A DNA stretch of 64,000 nucleotides, from the NCBI RefSeq assembly GCF_006345805.1, contig NC_042998.1, positions 51,088,001-51,152,000 of the forward strand. Reading direction: 5' to 3'. This stretch comes from Octopus sinensis. Lineage: Eukaryota. The position numbers and the translations under genes are program-made. This document shows, piece by piece, positions 12,758-24,464 of this stretch. Under the pieces are notes generated by a model. It had not been told where the DNA came from and ran no database searches. It saw nothing but the letters and a program-made list of their open reading frames with translations. The stretch's first letter is position 1, and each line of letters starts with the position of its first letter.

Positions 12758-13349
12758 TCATTGCTTGTTTACATCTGACATCTCAAATACAAAACGTCAT
12801 AACAAAATCAGTACTGGCTATAATTTCTACAGAAAAATCTGTAGAGATGGCCTTAACATGAAACTCTTGAAAGTTTTGGATTCATAGCAATCATTAGCAG
12901 AACTACAGCTTTCCCCATTGCTTGTTGTAATAAAATTGAATACTACAAGAACACAAGGACAAAAGCAAAATAAAATATTCACTACTACAAGAACAAAAAA
13001 TATTCACTGAGCTGGAAAATGTGATTAATTGATCACATATTTTTCTCTAATTATTGTATTTAACACCACTAAGATTATTTTTTTTATGTTGGAAACAGTG
13101 AAAAATAATCAAATCCACCTTTATATTTATTACTTAAAATATGCAGTCAGTTGTTCTTTATGACTAAATGATTAATTAATCTCATTTCCTGCTACAACTC
13201 AATGGGTTTTATGAACATTTCTGTATATTAAGTTAGTTGTAGCCTTACTAGCAAGCGATGGCAAAGACTATACTTCCACTCATAGCTAAAACCATAAATG
13301 GTTTGAGTTATCTCCCTTGTCTGGTCAGCTGGAGAACAATTTTCACTTC

Positions 13350-13548
13350 TACTCTAGGCACAAGGCTTGAAATTTTGGGGAATGGGGCCAGTCGATTGTA
13401 TTGATACCAGTATGCAACTGGTACTTAATTTATTGACTCCAAAAGGATGAAAGGCAAAGGTGACCTCGGTGGAATTTGAACTCAGAACGTAAAGACAGAC
13501 AAAATACCGCTAAGCATTTCACCTAGCGTGCTAAAATTTCTGCCAGTT
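13350..13548 (-). mobile_element. tRNA-derived SINE family C
   Basis: Minus strand GTTCTGAGTTCAAATTCCACCGAGGTC...TTTCATCC; ~10 copies in the window. Confidence 0.85.
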
Positions 13549-13581
13549 TGATGGATGGAATGCCAGGATTACTTATTTTTA

Positions 13582-13694
13582 CTGGCTGAGTAGACTGGAA
13601 CAACATGAAATGAAGTGTTTTGCCCAGTTGAGGAATCAAAACTACAATCTAAAGATCATGAGCCCAACACTCTAACCACTAAGCCATACACCTC
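13582..13694 (-). mobile_element. SINE family B head
   Basis: Minus strand ATGGCTTAGTGGTTAGAGTG head and body start. Confidence 0.7.
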
Positions 13695-13799
13695 TATACA
13701 TACACACATGCATACATACATACTGATAGACAGCCATGAATGCATAAACATATGCTTACAAGCATGCATAGATATAAACATAAATAAATATGCATGCAT

Positions 13800-14135
13800 A
13801 CATCATCATCATCATCATCATCATCGTTTAACGTCTGCTTTCCATGCTGGCATGGGTTGGACGATTTGACTGAGGACTGGCAAACCAGATGGTTGCACCA
13901 GGCTCCAATCTGATCAAGCAGAGATTCTACAGGTGGATGCCCTTCCTAACGCCAACCACTCCGAGAGAGTAGTGGGTGCTTTTATGTGCCACTGGCACAA
14001 GGGCCAATCAGGTGGTACTGGCAATGGTCATGCTCAAACGGTGTTTTGTTATGTGCCACCTGCACAGAAGCCAGTCCAGTGGCACTGGCAACGACCTTGC
14101 ACGAAAATATTCCAGCAGGTCATTGCCAGTGCCGC
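13800..14135 (-). mobile_element. RTE-type 3'UTR/tail element
   Basis: (CAT)n then GTTTAACGTCTGC...GGATGCCCTTCCTAACGCC on the plus strand. Confidence 0.85.
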
Positions 14136-14166
<31 letters not shown>

Positions 14167-14174
14167 TATCGAGA

Positions 14175-14217
<43 letters not shown>

Positions 14218-14379
14218 TCCTCAAGTTTATATTAAATCTCTCTATGAATATAATTAATGCAGTTAAATGGTCTTCATCTTATATTAAAGGTGCAGATATC
14301 TTCAAAATGAAACATTTGGTATGACCTGGTGAATAGAAGTGATAGTTGTTAAGAGAAAGCCTACATTGCATTAAGCAAC

Positions 14380-14635
14380 AATATGTTGTGCTTGAGAAGA
14401 AGTCCCATCAAGCCAAGTAAAGTCGAAGTCGTGGAAGATACTGGTGTCATGCAAATGGCATGCATGCTGGTGGCACGCAAAAGCACCCATCACACTCTCG
14501 GAGTGGTCAGCGTTAGGAAGGGTGTCCAGCTGTAGAAACCATGCCAAATCAGACTGGAGTCTGGTGCAGCCTTCCAGCTTGCCAGCCTTGGTCAAACTAT
14601 CCAACCCATGCCATCATGGACAACAGACGATGATA
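14380..14635 (+). mobile_element. RTE LINE 3' end
   Basis: VVLEK-like ORF end, GCGTTAGGAAGGGTGTCCAGCTGTAGAAAC box, GATGAT tail. Confidence 0.8.
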
Positions 14636-14646
14636 TATATATATGC

Positions 14647-14683
<37 letters not shown>

Positions 14684-14749
14684 GGTCCGGGTTGATTCGG
14701 GGTTAACCACAGTAAATAAGGTACTCAATACATAGCAGAGTAAAATTAA

Positions 14750-14866
14750 TTTATTATATAGAAAGAGCTTCTACAGGACTAGAACTGTTTCATTCAAGAG
14801 AAATCTTCAGGATTTCTCTTGAATGAAACAGTTCTAGTCCTGTAGAAGCTCTTTCTATATAATAAA
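14750..14866. mobile_element. Perfect 56-bp-arm palindrome with truncated hammerhead
   Basis: Arms 14750-14805 and 14811-14866 are exact reverse complements; the minus strand reads CTGAAGA-TTTCTCTTGAAT-GAAAC-AGTTCTA-GTC. Confidence 0.8.
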
Positions 14867-14882
14867 ATATATATATATATAT

Positions 14883-15275
14883 ACTCTCTTACTCTTTTAC
14901 TTGTTTCAGTCATTTGACTGTGGCCATGCTGGAGCACCGCTTTTAGTTGGGCAAATCAAGCCCAGGACTTATTCTTTGTAAGCCTAGTACTTATTCTATC
15001 GGTCTCTTTTGCCGAACTGCTAAGTTACGGTGATGTAAACACACCAGCATTGGTTGTCAAGCGATGTTGGGGGACAAACACACACACACGCACATATATA
15101 TATACACATATATGACAGGCTTCTTTCAGTTTCTGCCTACTAAATCCACTCACAAGGCTTTGGTTGACCCGAGGTTATAATAGAAGATACCTGCCCAAGG
15201 TGCCACATAGTGGGACTGAACCCAGAACCATGTGGTTGGTAAACAAGCTACTTACCACACAGCCACTCCTACGCC
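14883..15275 (-). mobile_element. SINE family A, full length
   Basis: Colinear with 1234-1625. Confidence 0.9.
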
Positions 15276-15306
<31 letters not shown>

Positions 15307-15419
15307 GTGTGTGTGACAATATCATAGATGCATCTCAAACCATAATTAAATGTAAGTAGTCATAAAAAGATCCACAATAGTGTTACATCTGTTACTAGTA
15401 AAACTACTGTGAAGTCACT

Positions 15420-15600
15420 AAATGATAAACTAATAAAAACAGTAACAATGAAGATAACAATGATGATGATGGTGACGACGACGATGACAATGATGATGGG
15501 GATGGAAATGACAACAGTGAGGATGATGTTGATGATGATGATGATGATGAAGGTGGTAGCGGTGATGGTGGCAGTAATATGACAATGCCAGCAGCAAGGA
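15420..15600. repeat. Degenerate (GAT/GAC/GGT)n trinucleotide repeat
   Basis: Direct reading; explains ORFs 15360-15821 and 15404-15763. Confidence 0.9.
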
Positions 15601-15999
15601 GAAGCAATAACAAAGGTAATAAAAGAAAATGAGATATATAAATATTTGAATATGTTGCAGAATGATGAAATGAAACAGAAAGAAATGAAATATTGGGGGA
15701 GGGGAAAAAAAAGAAAAAAAAGAAGAAAAAAAAACATGTAAGAGAAAAATCTATAAAAACCAAAAAAAAAAAAAAAAGAAAAACAATTAGAAGAAAGGAA
15801 GATCATTAACGGAAGCAACAATATCGATATTAAGATATTCAGCCGCCTTTATTCAGTGAACTCCTAATAAACTGGATAAAACAGAAAGATGCAACAGAAA
15901 GATGCAACAGAAAGCTGTTAACATTACATGATGGGTTATTACACACATGAAACAACGTTGGTAGGCTCTAAATACCAAGATAAAGCACAAAGTAAGAGA

Positions 16000-16125
16000 G
16001 AGAGAGGGGTGAGAAGGAGAGAGATAGAGGGAGAAAGAGGGGGAGAGATAGAGGGAGAAAGAGGGGAGAGATAGAGGGAGAAAGAGGGGGAGAGATAGAG
16101 GGAGAGATACAGAGAGAGAGAGAGG
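16000..16125. repeat. Purine-rich ~22-bp minisatellite (GAGAGATAGAGGGAGAAAGAGG)
   Basis: About 4-5 tandem copies. Confidence 0.85.
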
Positions 16126-16159
16126 TAATCAGTGTAACAGGTAATACATTTAGTCTTTT

Positions 16160-16372
16160 GGCAGAATCATTACTGTGCCAGACATAAGAAGCTCAGTGGT
16201 GTTTCACCTGTCTTCGTGTTCTGAGTTCAAAATTCTACCGAGGCCACTTTTGCCTTTCATCCTTTTGGGGGCTGATAAAATAACTACCAGTCAAATACTG
16301 TGGGTCAATGTAATTGACTTTTCATTCCCCTCAAAATCTGTTGGCCCTGTGCCAAATTATGAAACCTTATTA

Positions 16373-16427
<55 letters not shown>

Positions 16428-16605
16428 CATTATTATTGGGCAAAATGTTTAGCAGCATTTCATCCATCTTTACGTTCTGAATTCAAATTCCGCCAAGGTT
16501 GACTTTGCCATTCATCCTTTCAAGCTCAATAAATTAAGAACTAGTGAAACACTGGGGCTGATGTAATCAACTAGTCGCCTCTCTGTTTGTGCCTCAATTG
16601 AAAGC
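16160..16605 (+). mobile_element. Two tandem SINE family C copies separated by (TTA)n
   Basis: Copies at 16160-16367 and 16436-16605, each with a GTTCTGA(G/A)TTCAAA B box. Confidence 0.8.
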
Positions 16606-16621
16606 ATAAGAATTATTATTA

Positions 16622-17170
16622 AGTGAGAGAGCAGCACATGCCATCAAAGTGGCACTGGGGTACAAATATACGAAGCCCAATATACCCATCATGACTACTC
16701 GTCTAATAAGGGTACACTAGACACATGCATCACAACCATATGTGCACAACATGGTGATTTCAGATCAAGATAAACAGTGCATGACCTTGCATGTGGGGCC
16801 CAGCTAGAACTTTCTTCATGTTGAGTAGCCCATCCCACTCAAACAGTCCTTGAATAAGGATGTTGTTTAAGGATGTCGAACGAAACACCCATTTTTCCAA
16901 AGGTGAATTATCCAAATCCCAAAGAATTCCTCTCAACACATGACTATGATGTTCCCCCACTACTTCTGCTCATGATCAGAGATGCACATATCGTCAGCCA
17001 CCAAGGGACATGCTCAACTGGTTAAGTCAAACAAGTGATAAGCAAATCTGTGGTATTGAGCAGAATATTTGCTGCAGCCCACCTTTTATACCAAGACAAA
17101 ACAATGTACATGATAACACTTCCAATCAGTTAAGATCAGAAGCCATGAGAGCCACTGCCTGGTACTGCAT
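16622..17170 (-). mobile_element. Non-autonomous retroelement family F, longer copy
   Basis: Colinear with 3958-4466 and ~40 bp longer at its 5' end. Confidence 0.75.
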
Positions 17171-17357
17171 CATCATCTAAAGTAGTGGATTGGCAGAATC
17201 ATTAAACAGCTAGAAAAAAGATGCTTTCTCGTAAATTTAGTGATGGCTTTTTATGTTCTGAGTTCAAATTTAGGTGTGGTCTTAACTTTGCATTTCAGAA
17301 AAAGCAGGTAAAATTTCCATCAGACTTAACCATGATGGAAAAGAGGACTCATTAGAT

Positions 17358-17734
17358 AACAAGAGCACTCAGAGTGTACAAACATCTGCCAAGGAAACAC
17401 CAACATTATCTTAATGATTACATGGAGATGATTGCTAAAATGAGAATATCTGAAATAAACTCAACTGCTCTCACAAACAAGAATACTAAAAATGAACCCA
17501 ACCACTTTCAAAAATTAATTTAAAAAAAACAGGAAAAATAATCCAGATTCCTTGTCCAGTACTGGATTGATCCCAAAATCTGATCAGTTCGTGCCAGTCA
17601 TGAGGCCAAACATCCCTGAAAGTTTCATCTGAATTTATCCAGCGGTTCTTGAGATACCTTGTCCATGGACAAACAAACAAAGCAAACAAACATGACTGAA
17701 AATAACACCTCTGCCTTCACTAAGGTGAAGGTAA
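17358..17734. mobile_element. Helentron-type non-autonomous element (HINE/DINE-1-like)
   Basis: ACATCTGCCAAGG near the left end matches the terminal hairpin ACCTCTGCCTTCACTAAGGTGAAGGT (17707-17732); internal (AAAC)n. Confidence 0.65.
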
Positions 17735-17904
17735 AAATGTAAATTATATGCAGTCTGAATAAAAGAAGGGATAATAATTAATGCTGGACTGACTTTGACC
17801 ATAAATTTGCTCCACAAGAGCTAAAATGGAGATAAATAACAACAACTCAGCCATTCATTCAGCTCAGTTGAGTTCCACCACCAACACCATCACCATTAAT
17901 GCTA

Positions 17905-18200
17905 CCATCATCACTATCATCATCATCATCATCATCATTTTAACATCCACCTTTCTATGCTTGCATGAGAATAAGCCAGAAACAGTTTGCTGGGTCAGAT
18001 TTTCTACAGGTGAATGATCTTCTAGTCACCAACCCTTACCTGTTTCCAAGCAAAATATCTCTCTCACCAATCTTTTGAAAACAAACGGTTCAATTACCAA
18101 ACATACTTTCACTGAAGTCTGTAGACAAACAACGTGACTTGTACAATGGTAAATGTCCTTTTTTACAATTAGATTTCCTGTCAAGACATACAACAAATCA
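17905..18200 (-). mobile_element. Degenerate RTE-type tail
   Basis: (CAT)n-TTTAACATCCAC...TTTCTACAGGTGAATG, like the other tail copies. Confidence 0.55.
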
Positions 18201-19299
18201 TATCCAACTAAATTTTTGCCATAATTTCAGATTTTCCCTGTTCCATGCTGCCTTTAAATACACAGCATGTTGCTGGCTTTTCACATAGGGAGAAAACTTT
18301 TTTATTGCCAAGCAGAGTAAATAGTTCCCTGAACTTCTGCTGACCAACTTTATATTTTTATTACTCTAGTAACAATACTTCATTAAAACTACCTCCAGCA
18401 CAAATTTTGTCAGTAAGGTAGTAGAAAATTTATACTACACCTAGCAGGGCGTTAGAAAAGTTCATGGGCTTCATTTAACATCCATATTAAAAATATAAAA
18501 TTCGGCTGTTATTTCCCTTCAGGTTTGTTTATCTTAAATACACCTTAAATGTACTGCTTTCACTAATGTACAGATATAACAGATGAAAATCAAAACGTAA
18601 TGCAAAATTCCTTCCTGCATTATTTTTACCTGTGGCCAAAAAAAAAAAAAAATTAAGAAGGTCTTGGTATATGAAAAGTTAATAAACAATGGGGAGATTT
18701 TGCTAAAGATTATTCAGAAGACATATCTCACCTAGAATAGCAGGAAAGAAAACAAAATCAAATAGTTACCCTACTGTTAAAAAAGATTACAAATCTATTG
18801 GATTGTTGAAATAATGTACAATAAATAAATATATATAAAATAAACTCTAAAAACACACTAAATTTATCTTCACGGTTCAGGAGAATAATTTTATTTCACC
18901 TCTTGTTTCAACATTCTGTTTAATATCATTTCTCTTTCTTTTCTCTCTATTCTAGCACTAATGTAAGAATTGTCTTCAACATTACAGATTTGTGCCGTCA
19001 GTTTGAAACAAAGAATGGAAAATATTTTAATATACACTTACAATTTCTCTCTAACCCAGAGAATACAATTAATAAAGAATGTCTCTGTGAACATCGAAGA
19101 GAAGACAAAACAAAAAGAAAATCAATGTTTTAAACTGACAATGATAAACTCAACATTTCTAGAATTGATGAAATTTTTTTTCTTCTAAATCTAACACCAG
19201 GCATCAAATTCTTTAACAGATGCCAAAAGTGACAAAATGTAAAAGTTTTTGCTATCTCCCCAATCATTACTACTTTTCACTGTATATATGTATAACTTT

Positions 19300-19384
19300 G
19301 TGTGTATTTATGTGTGTGTGTATGTATAAATGTATCATCTGTCTATCTGTATCTATACCTACCTATCTGACTCTCTCTCTCTCA

Positions 19385-19466
<82 letters not shown>

Positions 19467-19497
19467 GTTATGCATTTATATCTATATACAAATACAA

Positions 19498-19547
<50 letters not shown>

Positions 19548-19950
19548 ATATACACACATACACACACACATATATACATACATATATATATACATACATA
19601 TAGATAGATAGATAGCTGGACACATAGATAGACAGGTAGATAGATACTTACATACATATACATATATCTATATACATATATATACATAGATACATCATAC
19701 ATATGTGTATATGTATACACACACACACACACAGATATATCTGTAAGATATATATATATACATATATATATATATACACAGACACATATTAACACTTATT
19801 CTCACATGTATGCATACACACACTCACATAGATAGATATACAGCTAGTATCAGACAATATATATGTGGGTGGATGTACACACACGTGTGAGTGAGTGTAT
19901 GTATGTACACACACTTATAATGCAGATGTGTATATATACATACATACATG

Positions 19951-19984
<34 letters not shown>

Positions 19985-20094
19985 AATATATGTGTGTAAG
20001 CTTGTATGTGTATATGATATATATATAATGAATATAAATAAATATAATATATATATATATATATATACATGTACATATGTATGTATGCATGTAC

Positions 20095-20125
<31 letters not shown>

Positions 20126-20451
20126 TGTATGTATGTATGTATGTATGTATGTATGTATGCATGATGCATGTATGTATGTATAAGATTACATACAGGTTTC
20201 CATAGTTATAGAAGAGGAAATTTGTTCTGACTAGCATTCTGTAGCAATCTACAGACCTAATAACTTCTGTAAAAATAAATAAATAAAAAAACTCTAAGTA
20301 TATTAAAGCTTTTGTGTTTCTTTGTTTGCATGCTTGTTAGCAGACATCTGTATTGTTGTTATAGAAATGGTAAAATCATGAACACATCTCACTGATTGGT
20401 AGAAAAAAATATAAATAAAGGAAATACCATTATTCTGAAATATTAAATTAT

Positions 20452-20484
<33 letters not shown>

Positions 20485-20572
20485 ACACACACACACATAC
20501 ACACACACATCTATAAATAATTACAAATATATAGACATATACATTTATAAAAACATACATATATATACATAC

Positions 20573-20613
<41 letters not shown>

Positions 20614-20702
20614 GTTTACAGACAGATAGACTGATAGATAGATATCTAAATATATATATATGTGTGTGTGTGTATATATATATGTATATACATATGTATG
20701 TG

Positions 20703-20735
<33 letters not shown>

Positions 20736-20785
20736 ATATATATGTATTATGTATATATATATATATATATATGTAAGTATGTGTA

Positions 20786-20818
<33 letters not shown>

Positions 20819-20861
20819 GCATATATGTATGTATATATATGTATATATATGTATATATATG

Positions 20862-20901
<40 letters not shown>

Positions 20902-20930
20902 TATATATTGTATATATATGTATATATATG

Positions 20931-20991
<61 letters not shown>

Positions 20992-20996
20992 GTATG

Positions 20997-21079
<83 letters not shown>

Positions 21080-21097
21080 TATATATACATACATATA

Positions 21098-21129
<32 letters not shown>

Positions 21130-21300
21130 CACATATATATATATACTAACAAGTATCTATGCATACACACATACATAAATATATACACATGCACACATGT
21201 GTGCATAGATAGATAGCTACACATGTAGATATGCATGTCCACAAGTATATCTACATTCATACATAAAAACACACACACACACAGAGATGTACATACGTAG
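19300..21300. repeat. Compound microsatellite block: (CT)n, (AT)n, (ATAC)n, (TATG)n, (AC)n
   Basis: Direct reading; source of the many YIYI ORFs. Confidence 0.95.
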
Positions 21301-21469
21301 GTAGACAGCTACATGAGTAAGATTTTGTCAGTGTAATATGTATGAGTCGGGTGGTGATAACAGTTGTATCTATGCTTGTATGTACAGACCTTTCTAGAAC
21401 TATAAGAATACACAAGTGTCCATATATACCAGCAAACAGAATCTCTCCCTCGTCATATATGTCTCTCTT

Positions 21470-21507
<38 letters not shown>

Positions 21508-21560
21508 ACCCACCTCTTTTGACTTTTTCTTGCCATTCCGTTTCAACTCACCATTTCAAC

Positions 21561-21596
<36 letters not shown>

Positions 21597-21710
21597 GTAT
21601 TTGTTTCTATCTGTCTATCTTTCTATCTATCTCTCTATCCATTAATTTATCTACCTATTTACCTATCAATCTATTTATCCATCCATCCATGTATCTATCT
21701 ATCTATCTAT

Positions 21711-21761
<51 letters not shown>

Positions 21762-22042
21762 TATATATGTGTGTGTGTGTGTATACACACACACACACAC
21801 ACATATGCACACAGTTAAATAGTGTCTATTTACATATTCAGGTACATATGTAAAGGGAAAATGAAGACAGAAATTTGTAATTACATAAATTTTTATGCAC
21901 AACTGTAGGTAGCAGTTGTATGTGTATGTTATGTATGCAAGTAAAGTGTTAGTCATACCAAAAATGCACTAATACTTCAACATACAGTCTCTGAAGAACT
22001 GTGTAATAAACTGACGATGCATAATTAAATGTAATGCATATA

Positions 22043-22272
22043 TATTTCTTTACTACCCACAAGGGGCTAAACATAGAGGGGACAAACAAGGACAAACGGA
22101 TTAAGTCGATTACATCGACCCCAGTGCGAAACTGGTACTTTATTTATCGACCCTGAAAGGATGAAAGGCAAAGTCGACCTTGGCGGAATTTGAACTCAGA
22201 ACATAGCAACAGACGAAATACCGCTAAGCATTTCGCCCAGCACGCTAATGCTTCTGCCAGCTTGCCACCTTG
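22043..22272 (-). mobile_element. SINE family C, full length
   Basis: Well-preserved head, B box and AAGAAATA tail. Confidence 0.9.
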
Positions 22273-22386
22273 ATATATGTAATGCATATATAAACATACA
22301 CACTCACACACACACACACACATACATATATATACTATATATATATATATATATATATACACATACACACATAGCAATATATATAT

Positions 22387-22665
22387 GAAGGCGCATAGCT
22401 CAGTGGTTAGAGTGTTAGGCGCACAATCAGAAGATAGTTCAACTCCCGGGTCAGGTTGTGTGTTGGGGTCTTCAGCAAGACACTTTATTTCACGTTGCTC
22501 CAGTTCACTCAGCTGTAGAAATGAGCTGCGACGTCACTGGTGCCAAGCTGTATCAGCCTTTGTCTTTCCCTTGGATAATATCAGAGGCAAGGAGAGGGGA
22601 GGCTGGTCTACCATCAACAACCTTGCCCAGACTTGTGCCTTGGAGGGGAACTTTCTAGATGCAAT
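22387..22665 (+). mobile_element. SINE family B, tail type 2
   Basis: GGCGCATAGCTCAGTGGTTAGAG head; tail matches 51464-51790. Confidence 0.85.
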
Positions 22666-23009
22666 CTGATGCCTATTCTTGAATGAAGGGAGTCTCTACT
22701 TTTTTCATATAGCAATAATTATAATGATACAGAATATGGAGAGTTGTACATCATCAAAATTTATTTCCTTTTATTTTACAATTTAATACAGAATATTTTT
22801 ATGGTTATTATGACCTACATATGTTACTACTGCACATAATATGGGCAGTTGCTTAGTAATTCAGTAAAAGAGACTCACAGAATAAGTATCAGGCCTTAAA
22901 ACTAAGAACTGGGGTTGATTTATTTGGCCACATTCTGATAACTAAAAGAAGTAAAAGATACACACATACACATGCATGCACGCACGCACACACATATTTA
23001 TAAATATAT

Positions 23010-23225
23010 ATTAGTGAACAAGACCAAAACAGTCTTGGCACGGGAGTGTCAACACAGAGGTGAGGACAGCCAGAATGACGTGGGCCGAGCTAAAAAGGAT
23101 CCCCCCAGAACTGCGTCCGTTGGAAAAATGTTGTCGCCCTATGTTCCCCGAGGAATCAAGAAGAAGAAGAAGAAGAAGAAGAAGAGAAGAAGAAGAAGAA
23201 GAAGAAGAAGAAGAAGAAGAAGAAG
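23010..23225 (+). mobile_element. RTE LINE extreme 3' end with (AAG)n tail
   Basis: MTWAELKRIPQNCVRWK...LCSPRNQEEE-like peptide running into (AAG)n at 23157-23225. Confidence 0.7.
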
Positions 23226-23470
23226 CTATTTTAAGATAGCATATTTTACATTGGTTTGATATCATTGTTTCATATTCGTATAGTGTATATGCATAAGTGT
23301 ACATATGGCTTGCATGTGAGAAGAATGGTGAGAAGACAAGCAACATGAATGAAGTTTGAACATCAATAATGGAAAACATAAAATGGAGCTAAAAGATGAA
23401 ATGCAATTATGTTAAAAGAACATGCATTTATAAAGCAATGGAAAACAACTGCCTAAATACTGCCAATAAA

Positions 23471-23514
<44 letters not shown>

Positions 23515-23733
23515 TTAATATTTCTAAGTCTCTCTAAAGGAGAATACGGCAGCGGTACTGGATATTAATAGTTATCGCCAAGCTAACATGGCAGTCCAGA
23601 AAAATAGGACGAATGCTGCCGTTGATTAGCTCCAAGAGGCCATCGACTCTAGATAGCTATGTGACACACAAACCTGTGTCCATTATAACCTTCGAACAGG
23701 GGAGGTCAGCAGCTTCCCCTTGCTGGTCTGGCA

Positions 23734-23776
23734 TCTACAGACTAGTTTCAGGGTATTTGCCCCTTATCAATGTAGA
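23734..23776 (-). ncRNA. Minimal type I hammerhead ribozyme, U3:A8 variant
   Basis: TCTACA-TTGATAA-GGGG-CAAATA-CCCT-GAAAC-TA-GTC^TGTAGA: 6-bp stem I, 4-bp stem II, palindromic ACTAGT stem III. Confidence 0.75.
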
Positions 23777-24101
23777 CTAGCCGAACCAAGCAGGTGTCAC
23801 TACTGACCATCTCTTCGGAAGTGGAATACATCCACTGGTTTTCAAAAGTAGAAATATTAATATTTCTAGGTCTCTAAAGGAGAATATGGCAGCAGTACTG
23901 GATATTAATAGTTATCGCCAAGCTAACATGGCAGTCCAGAAAAATAGGATGAATGCTGCTGTTGATTAGCTCCAAGAGGCCATCGCCTCTAGCTAGCTAT
24001 GTGACACACGCACCTCTGTCCATTATAACCTTCAAACAGGGGAGGTCAGCCACTTCCCCTTCGAACAACCGTCAGTAGAGACACCTGCCCGGGTCGGCTA
24101 C

Positions 24102-24144
24102 TCTACATTGATAAGGGGCAAATACCCTGAAACTGGTCTGTAGA
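24102..24144 (+). ncRNA. Minimal type I hammerhead ribozyme, U3:A8 variant (second copy)
   Basis: TCTACA-TTGATAA-GGGG-CAAATA-CCCT-GAAAC-TG-GTC^TGTAGA. Confidence 0.72.
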
Positions 24145-24179
24145 TGCCAAACCAGCAAGGGGAAGCGGCCGACCTCCCC

Positions 24180-24435
24180 TGTCCTCAGCATTCATGGCCC
24201 ATGTTTCACTGCTGTGTAGGATGGCAATTTGACACACATGCATCATACAGTCTACCTTTCACCTTGAGTGAGAGGCCATTAGTTGCCAGCAGAGGTAGGA
24301 GCTCCCTGACCTTTGCCCAGGTTATTCTTAGTCTAGTTGCTACACTCTCAGAGCAACCACCCCCACTACAGACTTGGTCGCCTAGGTAGCAGAAGCTATT
24401 AACTACTTCTAGTTTCTCACGCTGACATGTGATGG
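24180..24435 (-). mobile_element. RTE reverse-transcriptase fragment
   Basis: EKLEVVNSFCYLGDQVCSGGGCSESVATRLRITWAKVRELLPLL...GRLYDACV in ORF 24206-24700. Confidence 0.9.
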
Positions 24436-24464
24436 AATCTAATATATATACATATATATATGTA

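Larger units (their letters stand above)
23510..24182 (-). mobile_element. Penelope-like pseudo-LTR structure (direct plus inverted repeats)
   Basis: Direct repeats 23510-23721 / 23852-24061; inverted repeats 23696-23807 / 24071-24182, each containing a hammerhead. Confidence 0.8.

Noticed and set aside
15404-15763. Ser-rich 119-aa ORF
   Set aside because: It is the antisense of a (GAT)n-type repeat and poly-A runs.
17150-17170. U1 snRNA-like 5' end of family F (TACCAGGCAGTGG)
   Set aside because: The match is only ~12 nt, the key CCTG is not matched, and similarity does not extend.
19220-21278. Many long ORFs (YIYI/CVCV/HTHT-rich), here and at 4564-5042, 27974-28567, 53948-55036 and 57075-58338
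   Set aside because: They are translations of dinucleotide and tetranucleotide microsatellites, which lack stop codons in several frames.
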